From an uncultured Gemmatimonadaceae bacterium (lineage in GTDB: Bacteria > Gemmatimonadota > Gemmatimonadetes > Gemmatimonadales > Gemmatimonadaceae), in contig CAWJMB010000002.1 of NCBI GenBank assembly GCA_963843845.1, forward strand, positions 608,001-672,000: a DNA stretch of 64,000 bases. Direction: 5' to 3'. A program made the translations under genes and the position numbers. This document shows positions 49,994 through 60,963 of this stretch, one piece after another. Below the pieces are notes generated by a model. That model was not told the DNA's origin. It saw nothing but the letters and a program-made list of their open reading frames with translations, and did no database searches. Each line of letters starts with the position of its first letter. The first letter of the stretch is position 1.

Positions 49994-51594
49994 CCCTCAC
50001 GAAACAGCACCACCGACGCACTCTCCACGTCCGGGCTCTCGACGAGCCGCTGTCGCACGTCCGACGCGACCGTTCCGTCGACCGAGATCACGGCGAGCGC
50101 CTCTCCTCCCTGCGCGAGCCGCGCCTGATGGTACTCGGCGATGTTCACGCCGGCGTCGCCCAGCACCGTCCCGACGCGGCCGATGACGCCCGGCACGTCA
50201 CGGTTCGTCAGCACGATGAGCGTCTGCCGCGGATTCACGTCGACGCGGAAGCCGCCGATGCGCGTGATGCGCGCCGCGCCCTCGGCCGTCGTCACGCCGG
50301 CGACGGCCAGTTCCTGCATGGCGCCGCGCAGCGACACCTCGACCCCCTGCGCCGGCAGCGCCGCGCTCTCGCCGACGACCAGCTCGAGCCCGCGCGCCTC
50401 GGAGAGGGCGCGCGCGTTGATCATGTTCAGGCGGTCCGCCTCGATCGTCCCCTCGATCGCGCCGAGCGCCGCCGCGCTGAGCAGCGCCTGCTGCCCGCCG
50501 GCGAGCGCGACGCCGCAGCGGAGCGTGAGGCGCTGCGGCGCCCGCGTGCCGCGGTCGGCGAGCAGGGCGCGGGCGATCGCGGCAGCGCGGCGAGCGAGCA
50601 GCATCGCCGGCTGCAGCTCGCGCCACTGCCCGTCGACCGCCGCGACGTTCATCGAGCGGCCGATCTCGTCACGAAGGAGCGCGTCGCGCACGGCGAGGCA
50701 CACGTCGACCGCGACGTTGCGCTGCGCCTCGGCCGACGAGGCGCCGATGTGCGGGGTGAGGATCACGTCGTCCATCGCGCGCAGCGGGTGCTCCGCCGTC
50801 ATCGGCTCGGTCACGTAGACGTCGAGCGCCGCGCCGCGCAGGTGCCCGCTCTCGAGTGCCGCGGTGAGCGCCGCGTCGTCGACGATGCCGCCGCGCGCGA
50901 GATTCGCGACGATCGCGCCGGCGCGCAGCCGCGCGATCTCGGAGCGTCCGATCAGCCCCTTCGTCTCGTCGGTGAGCGGGGTGTGCACGGTGAGGACGTC
51001 CGCTTCGTCGAGCAGCGCGTCGAGCGTCGCCGCGCGCTGCACGCGGAGCGTCGCGAACCGCGTGTCGGCGACGTACGGATCGAACGCGATCACCTGCATG
51101 CCGAACGCGTGCGCGCGCAGGGCGACCTCGCTCCCGATGCGTCCGAGCCCGACGATGCCTAACGTTTTCCCCTTCAGCTCGGTGCCGAGCAGCTGCGAGC
51201 GGTCCCACCGCCCGGCGCGCATCGAGGCGACGGCCTTCGGCAGGTGCCGGACGAGCGAGAGCAGCACGCCGAACACCAGCTCCGCCACGGCGACCGTGTT
51301 CCCGGCCGGCGCGTTGATGACCGCGATGCCCAGCGACGTCGCGACGTCCATCGCCACGTTGTCGACGCCGACGCCGGCGCGCCCGACGACCTTGAGCCGC
51401 GTCGCGCGCTGCAGCAGCTCGGCCGAGATGCGCGTCGCGCTGCGGCCGACGATCGCGTCGTAGTCGCCGATCCGCGCCAGGAGCTCGTCCTTCGGCAGCG
51501 TCGGCACCTCGTCCACCTGCAACTGCGGCTCAGCTTCCAGAATCGCGACGCCGTCGCGGTCGACGTCGTCGGTGACGAGCACACGGTAGGGCAT
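49990..51594 (-). CDS. serA: D-3-phosphoglycerate dehydrogenase (long form, ACT domain)
   Basis: VGRAGVGVDNV, GIVGLGRIG, NLARGG, TPHIGAS, NRDVPGVIG.VG. Confidence 0.95.
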   Translation of the reverse strand: MPYRVLVTDDVDRDGVAILEAEPQLQVDEVPTLPKDELLARIGDYDAIVGRSATRISAELLQRATRLKVVGRAGVGVDNVAMDVATSLGIAVINAPAGNTVAVAELVFGVLLSLVRHLPKAVASMRAGRWDRSQLLGTELKGKTLGIVGLGRIGSEVALRAHAFGMQVIAFDPYVADTRFATLRVQRAATLDALLDEADVLTVHTPLTDETKGLIGRSEIARLRAGAIVANLARGGIVDDAALTAALESGHLRGAALDVYVTEPMTAEHPLRAMDDVILTPHIGASSAEAQRNVAVDVCLAVRDALLRDEIGRSMNVAAVDGQWRELQPAMLLARRAAAIARALLADRGTRAPQRLTLRCGVALAGGQQALLSAAALGAIEGTIEADRLNMINARALSEARGLELVVGESAALPAQGVEVSLRGAMQELAVAGVTTAEGAARITRIGGFRVDVNPRQTLIVLTNRDVPGVIGRVGTVLGDAGVNIAEYHQARLAQGGEALAVISVDGTVASDVRQRLVESPDVESASVVLFREG

Positions 51595-51673
51595 GCGGCG
51601 GAGAACGGAGGACACGGAAACACGCGAGCCGGAAGGATAATCCCCTCCGGCTCGCGCGACGCCACGTGCCGCG

Positions 51674-51716
51674 CCGTCCCTGCCGTCCGCGTCCCTGCCG
51701 TCCGCGTCCCTGCCTT
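51674..51716. repeat. 15-bp tandem repeat x3
   Basis: cgtccctgccgtccg repeated upstream of serA. Confidence 0.75.
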
Positions 51717-51727
51717 CGGCGAATCGG

Positions 51728-54700
51728 CTACCGGCGCACCGGCTCGCGACCCGGCTCGTCCTCGTCGCCCGGGAACGGCGACACTCCGCCGCTCCCGCTC
51801 ACCCGCTCCACGCGCAGCGGCACGCGCGTCGTCTGCCCGTCGATCGTCACGGCGACCTGATACGTTCCCGTCGGCACGAGCCCGCTGCCGCCACCGAACC
51901 CGCCGCCGCCGCCGAAGCCTCGTCCGCGCGTCGCGGCCTGAATGGCCTGGAAGACGGTGCCCATGTTGCTCGCGTCCATCCCCGGGGCGCCTCCTTCGCC
52001 GCCCTCGCGCGGCATCCCCTCGCCCTGCGCCGCCGCGCCGGCACCCCCGCCACGCGCCGCGGCCGCAGCGGCTTCCGCAGGCCGCTCGACGTACGCCGGG
52101 TAGCCGACCGGCGTGATCGTGCCGCGCGCGTTCGCGCCGCCGCCACCCCCGCGCCCGCCGCCGCCGCCGCCGCCGCCTGCGCCCATCGACGCCATCAGCT
52201 CCTGCATGGCTGTCTGGCCGCCGCTCGCCGCCGCTTTCACCCGGTCGGCCATCGCCGCCGGCAGCGCGTTCGCCTTCACGAGCGAGTCGACCACGGCGAT
52301 CACGCGACGCGCGTTCACGACCGAGTCACGCCGCTGTGCCGGCGAGAGCGGCGCCGCGGCGGCCGGGCGGTCGCGCATGTCCCACAGCACGCGGTGCACG
52401 CCAGCCGTGTTCGGGGCGTTCGTCCACGCGCGCAGCGTGTCGCCCATCGCGTTCAGCACGGCCACACGCACCGGCCCCGCGACCTGCGCCCCGGGCGCGA
52501 TGCGGTACACGATCTCCGCGCCGTACGCGGGGCTCGGCGCCGCCCAGTACTGATTGCCGGTGCTCTGCCCTTCCATCGGCGTCTCGCCGTACTGCAGCGC
52601 GGTCTTCGGCGTGAAGACGTGCGTCGCCGCGGCGATCGTGCGCGCCGTCATCTCCTGCAGCGGGGCCACGTCCGCGATCCAGACGCCGCGGCCGTGCGTG
52701 CCGGCGATCAGCTCGCGGTCGCGCGGGTGGATGCGCAGGTCGTGCACCGGCACCGTCGGCAGCCCCGTCATGAAGCGCTGCCACGACCCGCCGCGGTCGA
52801 GCGACACGTAGACCCCGACGTCGGTGCCGAGGTAGAGCAGCTCCTGGTTCACCGGGTCCTCGCGGATGACGTGCACGAAGTCCGCGCTCCCGGTCGGCAG
52901 ATTCGACACGATCGAGCGGAAGGTGCGTCCGCCGTCGCGCGTCATGTAGACGTACGGCGTGAAGTCGCCGCGGCGGTGGTTGTCGAACGTCACGTAGAAG
53001 GTCGCCGTGTCCTTCCAGCTCGGCTCGATGCGGCTCACGTACGTGTTCGCCGGCACACCGGCGATGCGGCTCGTGAGGTCGGTCCACGTCGCGCCGTCGT
53101 TGCCGGTCACCCACACTTTCCCGTCGTCGGTGCCGGCGAACAGCATCCCCGCCTTCACCGGCGACTCGTTCAGCGACACGATCGTCGAGTACGTCTCGGC
53201 CCCCGTCGCGTCGGTCGTGATGCCGCCGGTCGTCCGCGTCGAGACGCGGATCTTCATCGTGTCCCTCGTCGTCAGGTCCGGCGAGATGAAGTACAGGTTG
53301 TCGCCGCGGCTCGTGCTCTTGAGCACGCGGTTCGCCGCGGCGTAGAACACTTTCGGGTTGTGCCACGAGAGGAAGAACGGCGTGTTCCAGTTCCACCGCA
53401 GATCGGTGTCGACCGAGTCGGCGAGCTGCCGGGCACGGATGTCGGCGAGCCGCCGGCGCTGGTCCGCGGAGAGCGGCGTCGTCGAGTCGGGGCGCTCGAT
53501 GAGGATCGAGTCCTCGAACTGCGTGTAGCGGTTGCGCCAGTTCGGCTTCTGCAGCGCCGTGCGCTCCCCCGTCACCAGGTCGATGCGCGACATGTTGCCG
53601 CCCTGCGACTCGGCGTACACGGTGTTCGGGTCGCTCGGGTCCTGTGCCGTCACGAAGCCGTCGCCGCCGGCCACCGTCGCCCACATCGCGCTCGTGATCG
53701 GGCCGCTCTTGCGCCGCGACGGGCCGCACCACGAGCCGTTGTCCTGCAGGCCGCCGCAGACGCGGTACGGCACGGCCATGTCGTAGCTGACGTTGTAGAA
53801 CTGCGCGAGCGGGATCGTGTTCAGGAAGTTGTACGTGCCGCCCCGGTCGAAGGTGATCGCCACGCCGCCGTCGTCGCCGACCACGAAGCGCGACGGGTCG
53901 TTCGGGTCGATCCACTGCGCGTGGTGGTCGACGTGGATGCCGACCGTGGCGTTCCGGGCCGTCTTCCCGCCGTCGTCCGACACCTTCACCGGGGTCGACG
54001 ACCAGTACACGCGGTCCGGGTTCTTCGGGTCCACGCGGACCTGCGAGTAGTAGAACGGCCGCACGTTCTCGCCGTTCGTGCGCGTCCACGTCGCCCCGCC
54101 GTCCTCCGAGCGATAGAGCCCGCTCGGCCGGGTCTGCGGGCGGTCGGCGCTCTTCGCCTTCGGCAGTGTGTCCGCCTCGACCATCAGATACATCACGCGC
54201 GGGTTCGACGCGGCGATGGCGATCTCGATGCGGCCCAACGTGCTCGTCGGGAGTCCGCCCCCCTTCACCTGCGTGAACGTTCGCCCGGCGTCGGTCGATT
54301 TCCACAGCCCGGAGCCCGGTCCGCCGGAGTTCAGGAAGTAGGGGCCACGCGCCCGCTCGTAGCTCGCCGCCCACACGATGTCGGGATTCGACGGGTCGAG
54401 CTCGACGTCGACGAAGCCGGCCTTGTCGCCGACGCTCTTGAGCAGCTGCCAGCTCTTCCCGCCGTCGGTCGTCTTGTAGAGACCGCGCTCGCCGCCACTC
54501 CGCCACGCCGGCCCCAGCGCCGCGATGTAGGCCACGTTCGCGTCGCGTGGGTCGACGACGATGCGCCCGACGTGCTCCGACCCCTTCAGCCCGACGAACT
54601 GCCAGCTCCGGCCGCCGTCGGCCGAGCGGTAGACGCCGCAGCCGGGCGAGATCGAGTTGCGGCTGTTCGGCTCGCCCGTTCCCAGGTACAGCACGTTCGT

Positions 54701-55075
54701 GTCGCTCGGCGCGATCGCGAGGTCGCCGCCCGAGACGCACCGCTCGGCGTCGAAGATCGGGCGGAACGTCGTGCCGTTGTTCGTCGTCTTCCACACGCCG
54801 CCCCCGGCGGCCACGACGTAGAACGTCTTCGACGGCGACGGAATCCCTTCGACGTCCGCGACGCGCCCACCCATGTTCGTCGGGCCGATCGGGCGCCAGC
54901 GCATCGACTGCATGCTGACGGAGTCGACCTTCATCGTCGCGGTCGTACGGGGCGACATCGCGGCGTTCGGCCCCCCGGCTTTCGTGACCGGTTGCTGCGC
55001 GAGGGCGACGGGCGCCGCGGCCGCGACGAGCGAGATCGCGGCGATCAGTACAGGAGAACCCACCGGATGTGGCAT
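51728..55075 (-). CDS. Secreted VPS10/BNR-repeat beta-propeller protein
   Basis: WRPIGP.NMGGRV, repeated S/T-x-D-G-G-x-T/S-W BNR motifs, GGLQDNGSW, GTHGRG.W. Confidence 0.88.
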   Translation of the reverse strand: MPHPVGSPVLIAAISLVAAAAPVALAQQPVTKAGGPNAAMSPRTTATMKVDSVSMQSMRWRPIGPTNMGGRVADVEGIPSPSKTFYVVAAGGGVWKTTNNGTTFRPIFDAERCVSGGDLAIAPSDTNVLYLGTGEPNSRNSISPGCGVYRSADGGRSWQFVGLKGSEHVGRIVVDPRDANVAYIAALGPAWRSGGERGLYKTTDGGKSWQLLKSVGDKAGFVDVELDPSNPDIVWAASYERARGPYFLNSGGPGSGLWKSTDAGRTFTQVKGGGLPTSTLGRIEIAIAASNPRVMYLMVEADTLPKAKSADRPQTRPSGLYRSEDGGATWTRTNGENVRPFYYSQVRVDPKNPDRVYWSSTPVKVSDDGGKTARNATVGIHVDHHAQWIDPNDPSRFVVGDDGGVAITFDRGGTYNFLNTIPLAQFYNVSYDMAVPYRVCGGLQDNGSWCGPSRRKSGPITSAMWATVAGGDGFVTAQDPSDPNTVYAESQGGNMSRIDLVTGERTALQKPNWRNRYTQFEDSILIERPDSTTPLSADQRRRLADIRARQLADSVDTDLRWNWNTPFFLSWHNPKVFYAAANRVLKSTSRGDNLYFISPDLTTRDTMKIRVSTRTTGGITTDATGAETYSTIVSLNESPVKAGMLFAGTDDGKVWVTGNDGATWTDLTSRIAGVPANTYVSRIEPSWKDTATFYVTFDNHRRGDFTPYVYMTRDGGRTFRSIVSNLPTGSADFVHVIREDPVNQELLYLGTDVGVYVSLDRGGSWQRFMTGLPTVPVHDLRIHPRDRELIAGTHGRGVWIADVAPLQEMTARTIAAATHVFTPKTALQYGETPMEGQSTGNQYWAAPSPAYGAEIVYRIAPGAQVAGPVRVAVLNAMGDTLRAWTNAPNTAGVHRVLWDMRDRPAAAAPLSPAQRRDSVVNARRVIAVVDSLVKANALPAAMADRVKAAASGGQTAMQELMASMGAGGGGGGGGRGGGGGANARGTITPVGYPAYVERPAEAAAAAARGGGAGAAAQGEGMPREGGEGGAPGMDASNMGTVFQAIQAATRGRGFGGGGGFGGGSGLVPTGTYQVAVTIDGQTTRVPLRVERVSGSGGVSPFPGDEDEPGREPVRR

Positions 55076-55181
55076 GGCTTCGCGAGTGGAGGAACACCGA
55101 ACGACCGGACCGCGCGTCTCACGCGGGCGGTCAATGGCGCCAACAATACTCGCACGAAGAAATGTTTGTAGCGAGGGGAAC

Positions 55182-55222
55182 GCAGAACGGGCCGGAGCGA
55201 CGTTCGCTCCGGCCCGTTCTGC
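55182..55222. terminator. Perfect 19-bp inverted repeat
   Basis: gcagaacgggccggagcga-cgt-tcgctccggcccgttctgc downstream of the PEP-CTERM gene. Confidence 0.65.
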
Positions 55223-55248
55223 CGACGTGCGGGACCGCGGCTACGACC

Positions 55249-56646
55249 TCACACGCTCGTGTCGCGGCGGCGGCGCGCCACGACGCCGAGGCCGAGGAGC
55301 CCCGTGCCGAGCAGTGCCCACGTGCCGGGCTCCGGCGTCGCGAGCGCGCCGACCTGGACGAGCGCAGTCATCTGGAAGCTGCCCGTGTTCCCCGCGAACT
55401 GCAGGAAGGTCGGGAACGGCGCGGCCGTCGACGGATCGATGAGCGGATCGATGCCCGTGACGCGGAAGGACGAGATCCCGGCGCCGAAGCTGAACGGGTT
55501 GCCGCCCGACAGGCTCGAGCAGGTCGCCGCATCTGCCGGGTCGAGGCAGAGCGTGAACGGGCCCATCTGCCCCGGCAGGGTCGGGAGGATGACCGACGTG
55601 AACAGCGTGCCGTCGAGCGCGAGGTAGTCGAAGCCGTACGCGTTCGGCGGATCGAACCACCGGCCGCTCGGCGCGTTCCGGAAGATGAACGTCGGGCCGA
55701 GCTCCGGGAAATTCGGGCTCGGGGGATCGATCTGGCTGGGGAGGAGCGGGTTCGCCTGCGTCGCGCCCGGCACGCCGTCCTCGCTGTTGCGCACCTGGAA
55801 GACGTAGCGGCCGAGGATCGGATTGCCGTTCACGTCGAACGCGCCGAAGCTGTTCGAGATCAGCGCGCTCGGGCCGCCGTCGATGAAGTCACCGCTCACA
55901 CCCGAGCCGGAGAGCTCGGTGTACGTGCCCGCGACGCCGGTGCCGGCCGAGAAGCCGGCGCGTGCCGGATTGCCGCCGAAGCCGTTGACGCCGCCGCTCG
56001 CGCTCCCCGTCTCCCAGTTGATCGTCTCGTAGTTGAACTCGATGTCGAAGTCGCCCGCGCGCACGTCCGCGCGCTCGATCAGGTTCAACTGGAAGGTGTT
56101 CGTCTTGTCGACCTGGCCGCTGTAGTACCCGACGTCGCTCCAGGTCACCGAAAAGACGTTGCGGCCGATGCCGTCGAACGTGCCCGCGCTGTAGGCGTTG
56201 AACGACGTGAACCCGATCGCGTCGGGACGCAGGATCGCGTTGCCGCTCGCGTCGAGCCCGAAGTTGCGCGTCCGGACGTTGCGCGTGTCGACGTCCGCGA
56301 AGAAGGGCGCGATGATCGGCGGAATGCCGCCGCTCGTCAGCCCGAACGGCGTGAACGTCTGCAGGCCTCCGCCGAACGTCACGTTGCCGTTGTTGTTCAC
56401 CGAGAGCTGGGTGAACGTCTGCCCGAAGTAGTTGACCTCGAACCCGATGTTGATCGGGTAGAGGAACTCGTCGTCGTTGCCGGCGAACACGTTCTGGTGT
56501 CCGGTCGGGAGCGACCCGATCTGCGTGCTCTGGTCGGACGCGTAGATCGTCGCACGCGGGCCGCGCACGGGAGAGTTCTGTGCGACGGCGAGGAACGGCG
56601 TGGCGAGCACTGCCGCGATGGCTGTGACTCGAAGGGTGCGCATCAT
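55249..56646 (-). CDS. PEP-CTERM protein with nidogen-like (NIDO) domain
   Basis: IIAPFFADVDTR, NTFQL.L, FNY..INWETG; C-terminal TPEPGTWALLGTGLLGLGVVARRRR. Confidence 0.88.
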   Translation of the reverse strand: MMRTLRVTAIAAVLATPFLAVAQNSPVRGPRATIYASDQSTQIGSLPTGHQNVFAGNDDEFLYPINIGFEVNYFGQTFTQLSVNNNGNVTFGGGLQTFTPFGLTSGGIPPIIAPFFADVDTRNVRTRNFGLDASGNAILRPDAIGFTSFNAYSAGTFDGIGRNVFSVTWSDVGYYSGQVDKTNTFQLNLIERADVRAGDFDIEFNYETINWETGSASGGVNGFGGNPARAGFSAGTGVAGTYTELSGSGVSGDFIDGGPSALISNSFGAFDVNGNPILGRYVFQVRNSEDGVPGATQANPLLPSQIDPPSPNFPELGPTFIFRNAPSGRWFDPPNAYGFDYLALDGTLFTSVILPTLPGQMGPFTLCLDPADAATCSSLSGGNPFSFGAGISSFRVTGIDPLIDPSTAAPFPTFLQFAGNTGSFQMTALVQVGALATPEPGTWALLGTGLLGLGVVARRRRDTSV

Positions 56647-56820
56647 CTTCTTCCGGGAACTGGGTGGTGCTACTCGGTGAGGCAGCTGTGGCGGCGGGAC
56701 GACGGAGGGGGCACTGCGAGGGCTATGATTGCATGCCCGACAGGAATCTGCAATAGCGCATCTCCCCCACACGGCTCACGCGTAGCGACGCTGCCGATCT
56801 GCTCACAGGCCCGCACACCG

Positions 56821-57902
<1,082 letters not shown>

Positions 57903-57906
<4 letters not shown>

Positions 57907-58826
57907 TTCGCCACCGGCATCCCCGACGTCACCCACGCCGTCCACCACAGGTCGCGCAGCATCGTCGCGCCGGCAGCCAGGCGCGTGGCGACGAACGCGC
58001 GGTGCGGGGCGCTCGTGGTCGTCGGCGTGAATGGTGCCTGCTTCTCGAGGTCGTAGAGACGCGTCAGCTCCGCGCTCGACCGTCGCAGGTAGGCGATCGT
58101 GCCGGCGCGCACGTCGTCGTGAACGCGGGCGTCGCGGGCGATGAGCGGCGTCACGGCGCCAGGAACGATCTGCGCCTGCACGAACGCGCTCTCGAACCGC
58201 CCGTGCATCGTCCGGTCGGTCGAGTAGCCGCGCGGGTTGTCGACGCCGCTCGCCCATCCGTTGTAGTGCTTGCTCGTGTGCATCGGGTTCGACCCGTCAG
58301 CGACGTAGTGGCCGAGGATCCCGGCGTCGTCGATGATGCGCTGCTCGATCCAGCGGCGCGTGGTCGAGTCGGGGGCGACGCGCCAGAGCCGGAAGTCCAC
58401 GCGCAGCCGCTGCGTCAGCTCGACGATGCGGAACGGCAGCACGCCGACCGTCGGCGCGTCGAGCCTGAGCGCGCGGAGCGTGTCGGCGTACGCGTAGCGC
58501 GACGGCGCGGCGAGCGCGTTCACGAGGCGCTCGGTCGGCACCATGTCCGCGTTGAGGAAGTGGTCCGGCGCTGTCGCCGCGTCCAGTGCCGGGTCGAGCT
58601 CGCGCTCGGCGCGCTCCCGCCAGCGGTCGGGCTCGGGGTTCAGGTAGGCGAGCTGCAAGCTCGCGCGGCGGAAGAACGCGGGCATCGCCGGCGGCAGCGC
58701 GTCGGCCGCCGCCTTGCCGATCAGTCGGTGGCCGGCGTCGCCCCACGCCTCGGTCGCCGCGGGGCGCGTGAGCAGCACGGCGCCGGCCGCGGCGAGCGTG
58801 AGCGCGAGAGTCGAAGCGCGTCGCAT
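57903..58826 (-). CDS. S1/P1-type nuclease / zinc phospholipase C-like secreted protein
   Basis: Mature N-terminus WGDAGH, PDRW, GHYVADGSNPMH, HGRFES. Confidence 0.8.
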
Positions 58827-58910
58827 GCGCCCATGCTCGCCCACCCGCTCGCCGGAGTCAACTCTCGGTTCGTTCGGCAGCGGCACGTTTCGGGCAGTGC
58901 GACGCCACGC

Positions 58911-59444
58911 ATGAGCACACACGATACGAGGACGGCGTCACACGGCGGCCACGGCGATTCGAGCGTGGTGCGTGTCGGCGTGACCGCAGGCATCATCGGC
59001 GCGACAGCGGTCGCGCTCTGGTTCGTCGTCGTCGACCTCATCGCCGGACGACCGCTCTTCACTCCCGCGTTCCTCGGCGGCGTGCTCGCCGGCGACCCGA
59101 GCCCGCAGGTCGCCGCCGGACCGAACCGCCTGTGGTGGGCGGCGCTCTACACGCCGGTGCACTACCTCATGTTCGGCGTCGCCGGGGTCGCCGCCGCGGC
59201 CATCATGCGGCAGTCGGCGCGCATCCCCGCGGTCGGTGCGCTTTCCGTGATGCTGCTGTTGGCGTTCGCGGTCGCGTTCTCCGGCCTCGTCGCCGTGCTG
59301 GAACGCAGTGCGCTCGGCACGCTCGCGTGGTACCAGCTCGCGGCCGGCGGACTGGCCGGCGGGGTGGCGATGGGCGCGTACCTGTTCCTGCGCGGACGCA
59401 CCCCGTCGCCTGACCCTGCCGCCGGTCGTCCATCTACGGCGTGA
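58911..59444 (+). CDS. Four-TM membrane protein
   Basis: AGIIGATAVALWF..D, TPAFLG, YTPVHY. Confidence 0.7.
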   Translation: MSTHDTRTASHGGHGDSSVVRVGVTAGIIGATAVALWFVVVDLIAGRPLFTPAFLGGVLAGDPSPQVAAGPNRLWWAALYTPVHYLMFGVAGVAAAAIMRQSARIPAVGALSVMLLLAFAVAFSGLVAVLERSALGTLAWYQLAAGGLAGGVAMGAYLFLRGRTPSPDPAAGRPSTA

Positions 59445-59820
59445 ACTCCTTGTATCCCGTCTTCGTGTCCGCCCGCGTGATCGCGACGCGGTAGCGCACG
59501 CCGGCGGTGAGCCGCGGCTCGGTGTTGATCGTCTGCACCGCGCCGCCGGGCACGACGCCGTGCGTCACCGGCGACGGCAGCGCCTGCGCGAGGTGCGCGA
59601 CGCCCCAGACGATCGTGCCCGGCGCCGAGGTGCGCACGATGCTCACGCTGTACCCGAGCCCGCCCGGCCACGTGTACGTCGGCGTGCCGCCGCTCGAGAT
59701 CTGGATGTCGAACGCGCTCCCCCCCGAGCCGCCGTCGTCGGGACTCGTCGAGTCGGAGCCGCAGCTCGCCATGCCCGCGGCTGTCGCGATCGCGGCGCCG
59801 GCCACCAGCAGGCGGCGCAT
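59434..59820 (-). CDS. Small lipoprotein
   Basis: MRRLLVAGAAIATAAGMASC signal; beta-rich body. Confidence 0.65.
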   Translation of the reverse strand: MRRLLVAGAAIATAAGMASCGSDSTSPDDGGSGGSAFDIQISSGGTPTYTWPGGLGYSVSIVRTSAPGTIVWGVAHLAQALPSPVTHGVVPGGAVQTINTEPRLTAGVRYRVAITRADTKTGYKEFTP

Positions 59821-60848
59821 CACTTGGCCTTCTCCGCCGTGGCCGTCTTGCCGACCGCCATGTTGAACGCCATCGCGCTGCGCAGCACGCCGGCCGAGTA
59901 CGCCGTCTTGTCGACCTTGAGCCCCCACGTCCCGCTCTTCGACTGCAGATCCGCGCCGAGCGAGCCGAGCTGCGACAGGCCGCTCGCGATCGCGTTGGCG
60001 AACTTCGGCGAGTCGTCACTCGCGTCGCCGATCACGCCCACCGAGTCGACGACGTCGCCGATCGCGCTCTTGAGCCTGATCGAGCCCCAGGCGCCTTTCG
60101 CGGTCCAGAACGGCGCGGAGCCGGTCACGACCATCTCGGGGAACACGCTCACCGAGGCGCCGCGCGACGAGATGCCGTGCTTCTTCGAGCCGGTCAGCAG
60201 TGGCGCGTCGACGACGAGCTCGGGAACCATGACCGCCGCGTCCATCTCCTTCGCGACCTTGCGGAAGCCCCAGCCGTAGCCCTGAAGCGGCGGGTCGATG
60301 GCCTGCGCGTCGCTCGGGAACGCCATCAGGTACGTGTTCTTCGAGCCCGTCGGGCCGCCGGTCGGCATGCCGTAGTCGGCGTCGGGCTTGTAGCGCTTCA
60401 TCCCGGCGACGTCCGCATTGTCCTTGATGTCGTCGTAGGTCAGCACCGTGTACCCCGCCGTTCGCAGTCGAGCGACGAGGTCGTCCTGGACCTGCTTCGC
60501 GAGCGACTGCACGTACGCCTTGTCGAGACCGGCGACGACGAACTTCCCCTTCGCTTTGGCGGTGCGGTTGTCGCTCTCGAAGAACCGGCCCTGGTTCACG
60601 ACCGTCAGCGAGCCGCGCGTCGCCAGCCGAACCAGTACCGTCGGGACGATGATCTTCGTCATCCCTTTGAAATGCTTTCCTCCGTCGACGTCGATCTTTC
60701 CATCGAGCGAGATCGGCTCGCCCTGATCGGACGCATGGGCGGCGCTCGGCGACGGCCCTTGAGCGGCGAGTGGGGCAGCGGTCAGCGTGGCGAGGGCGAC
60801 GGCGAGCGTCGCGCGAGACAGCAGCGGCAGGGTCGGCATACGAGGCAT
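59820..60848 (-). CDS. Secreted hypothetical protein
   Basis: GGAG RBS; signal peptide ending LAAQ; strong codon bias. Confidence 0.75.
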   Translation of the reverse strand: MPRMPTLPLLSRATLAVALATLTAAPLAAQGPSPSAAHASDQGEPISLDGKIDVDGGKHFKGMTKIIVPTVLVRLATRGSLTVVNQGRFFESDNRTAKAKGKFVVAGLDKAYVQSLAKQVQDDLVARLRTAGYTVLTYDDIKDNADVAGMKRYKPDADYGMPTGGPTGSKNTYLMAFPSDAQAIDPPLQGYGWGFRKVAKEMDAAVMVPELVVDAPLLTGSKKHGISSRGASVSVFPEMVVTGSAPFWTAKGAWGSIRLKSAIGDVVDSVGVIGDASDDSPKFANAIASGLSQLGSLGADLQSKSGTWGLKVDKTAYSAGVLRSAMAFNMAVGKTATAEKAK

Positions 60849-60963
60849 CTCCAGAGGATGAATCAGGCACCGCGGGCGCGGCGCGACGAGCGTGGAGGGA
60901 AGATGGGACGCGACGTCATGCCGCTCTCAACATGTCAACAGGTTGTGGCGTAAGCAGTTACCT

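Noticed and set aside
52326..55171. Very long alternative-frame and antisense ORFs (e.g. 52394..55171 +, 13585..15852 +, 26624..29341 -)
   Set aside because: Arg/Ala/Pro-rich shadow frames expected in high-GC DNA; they overlap well-supported genes.
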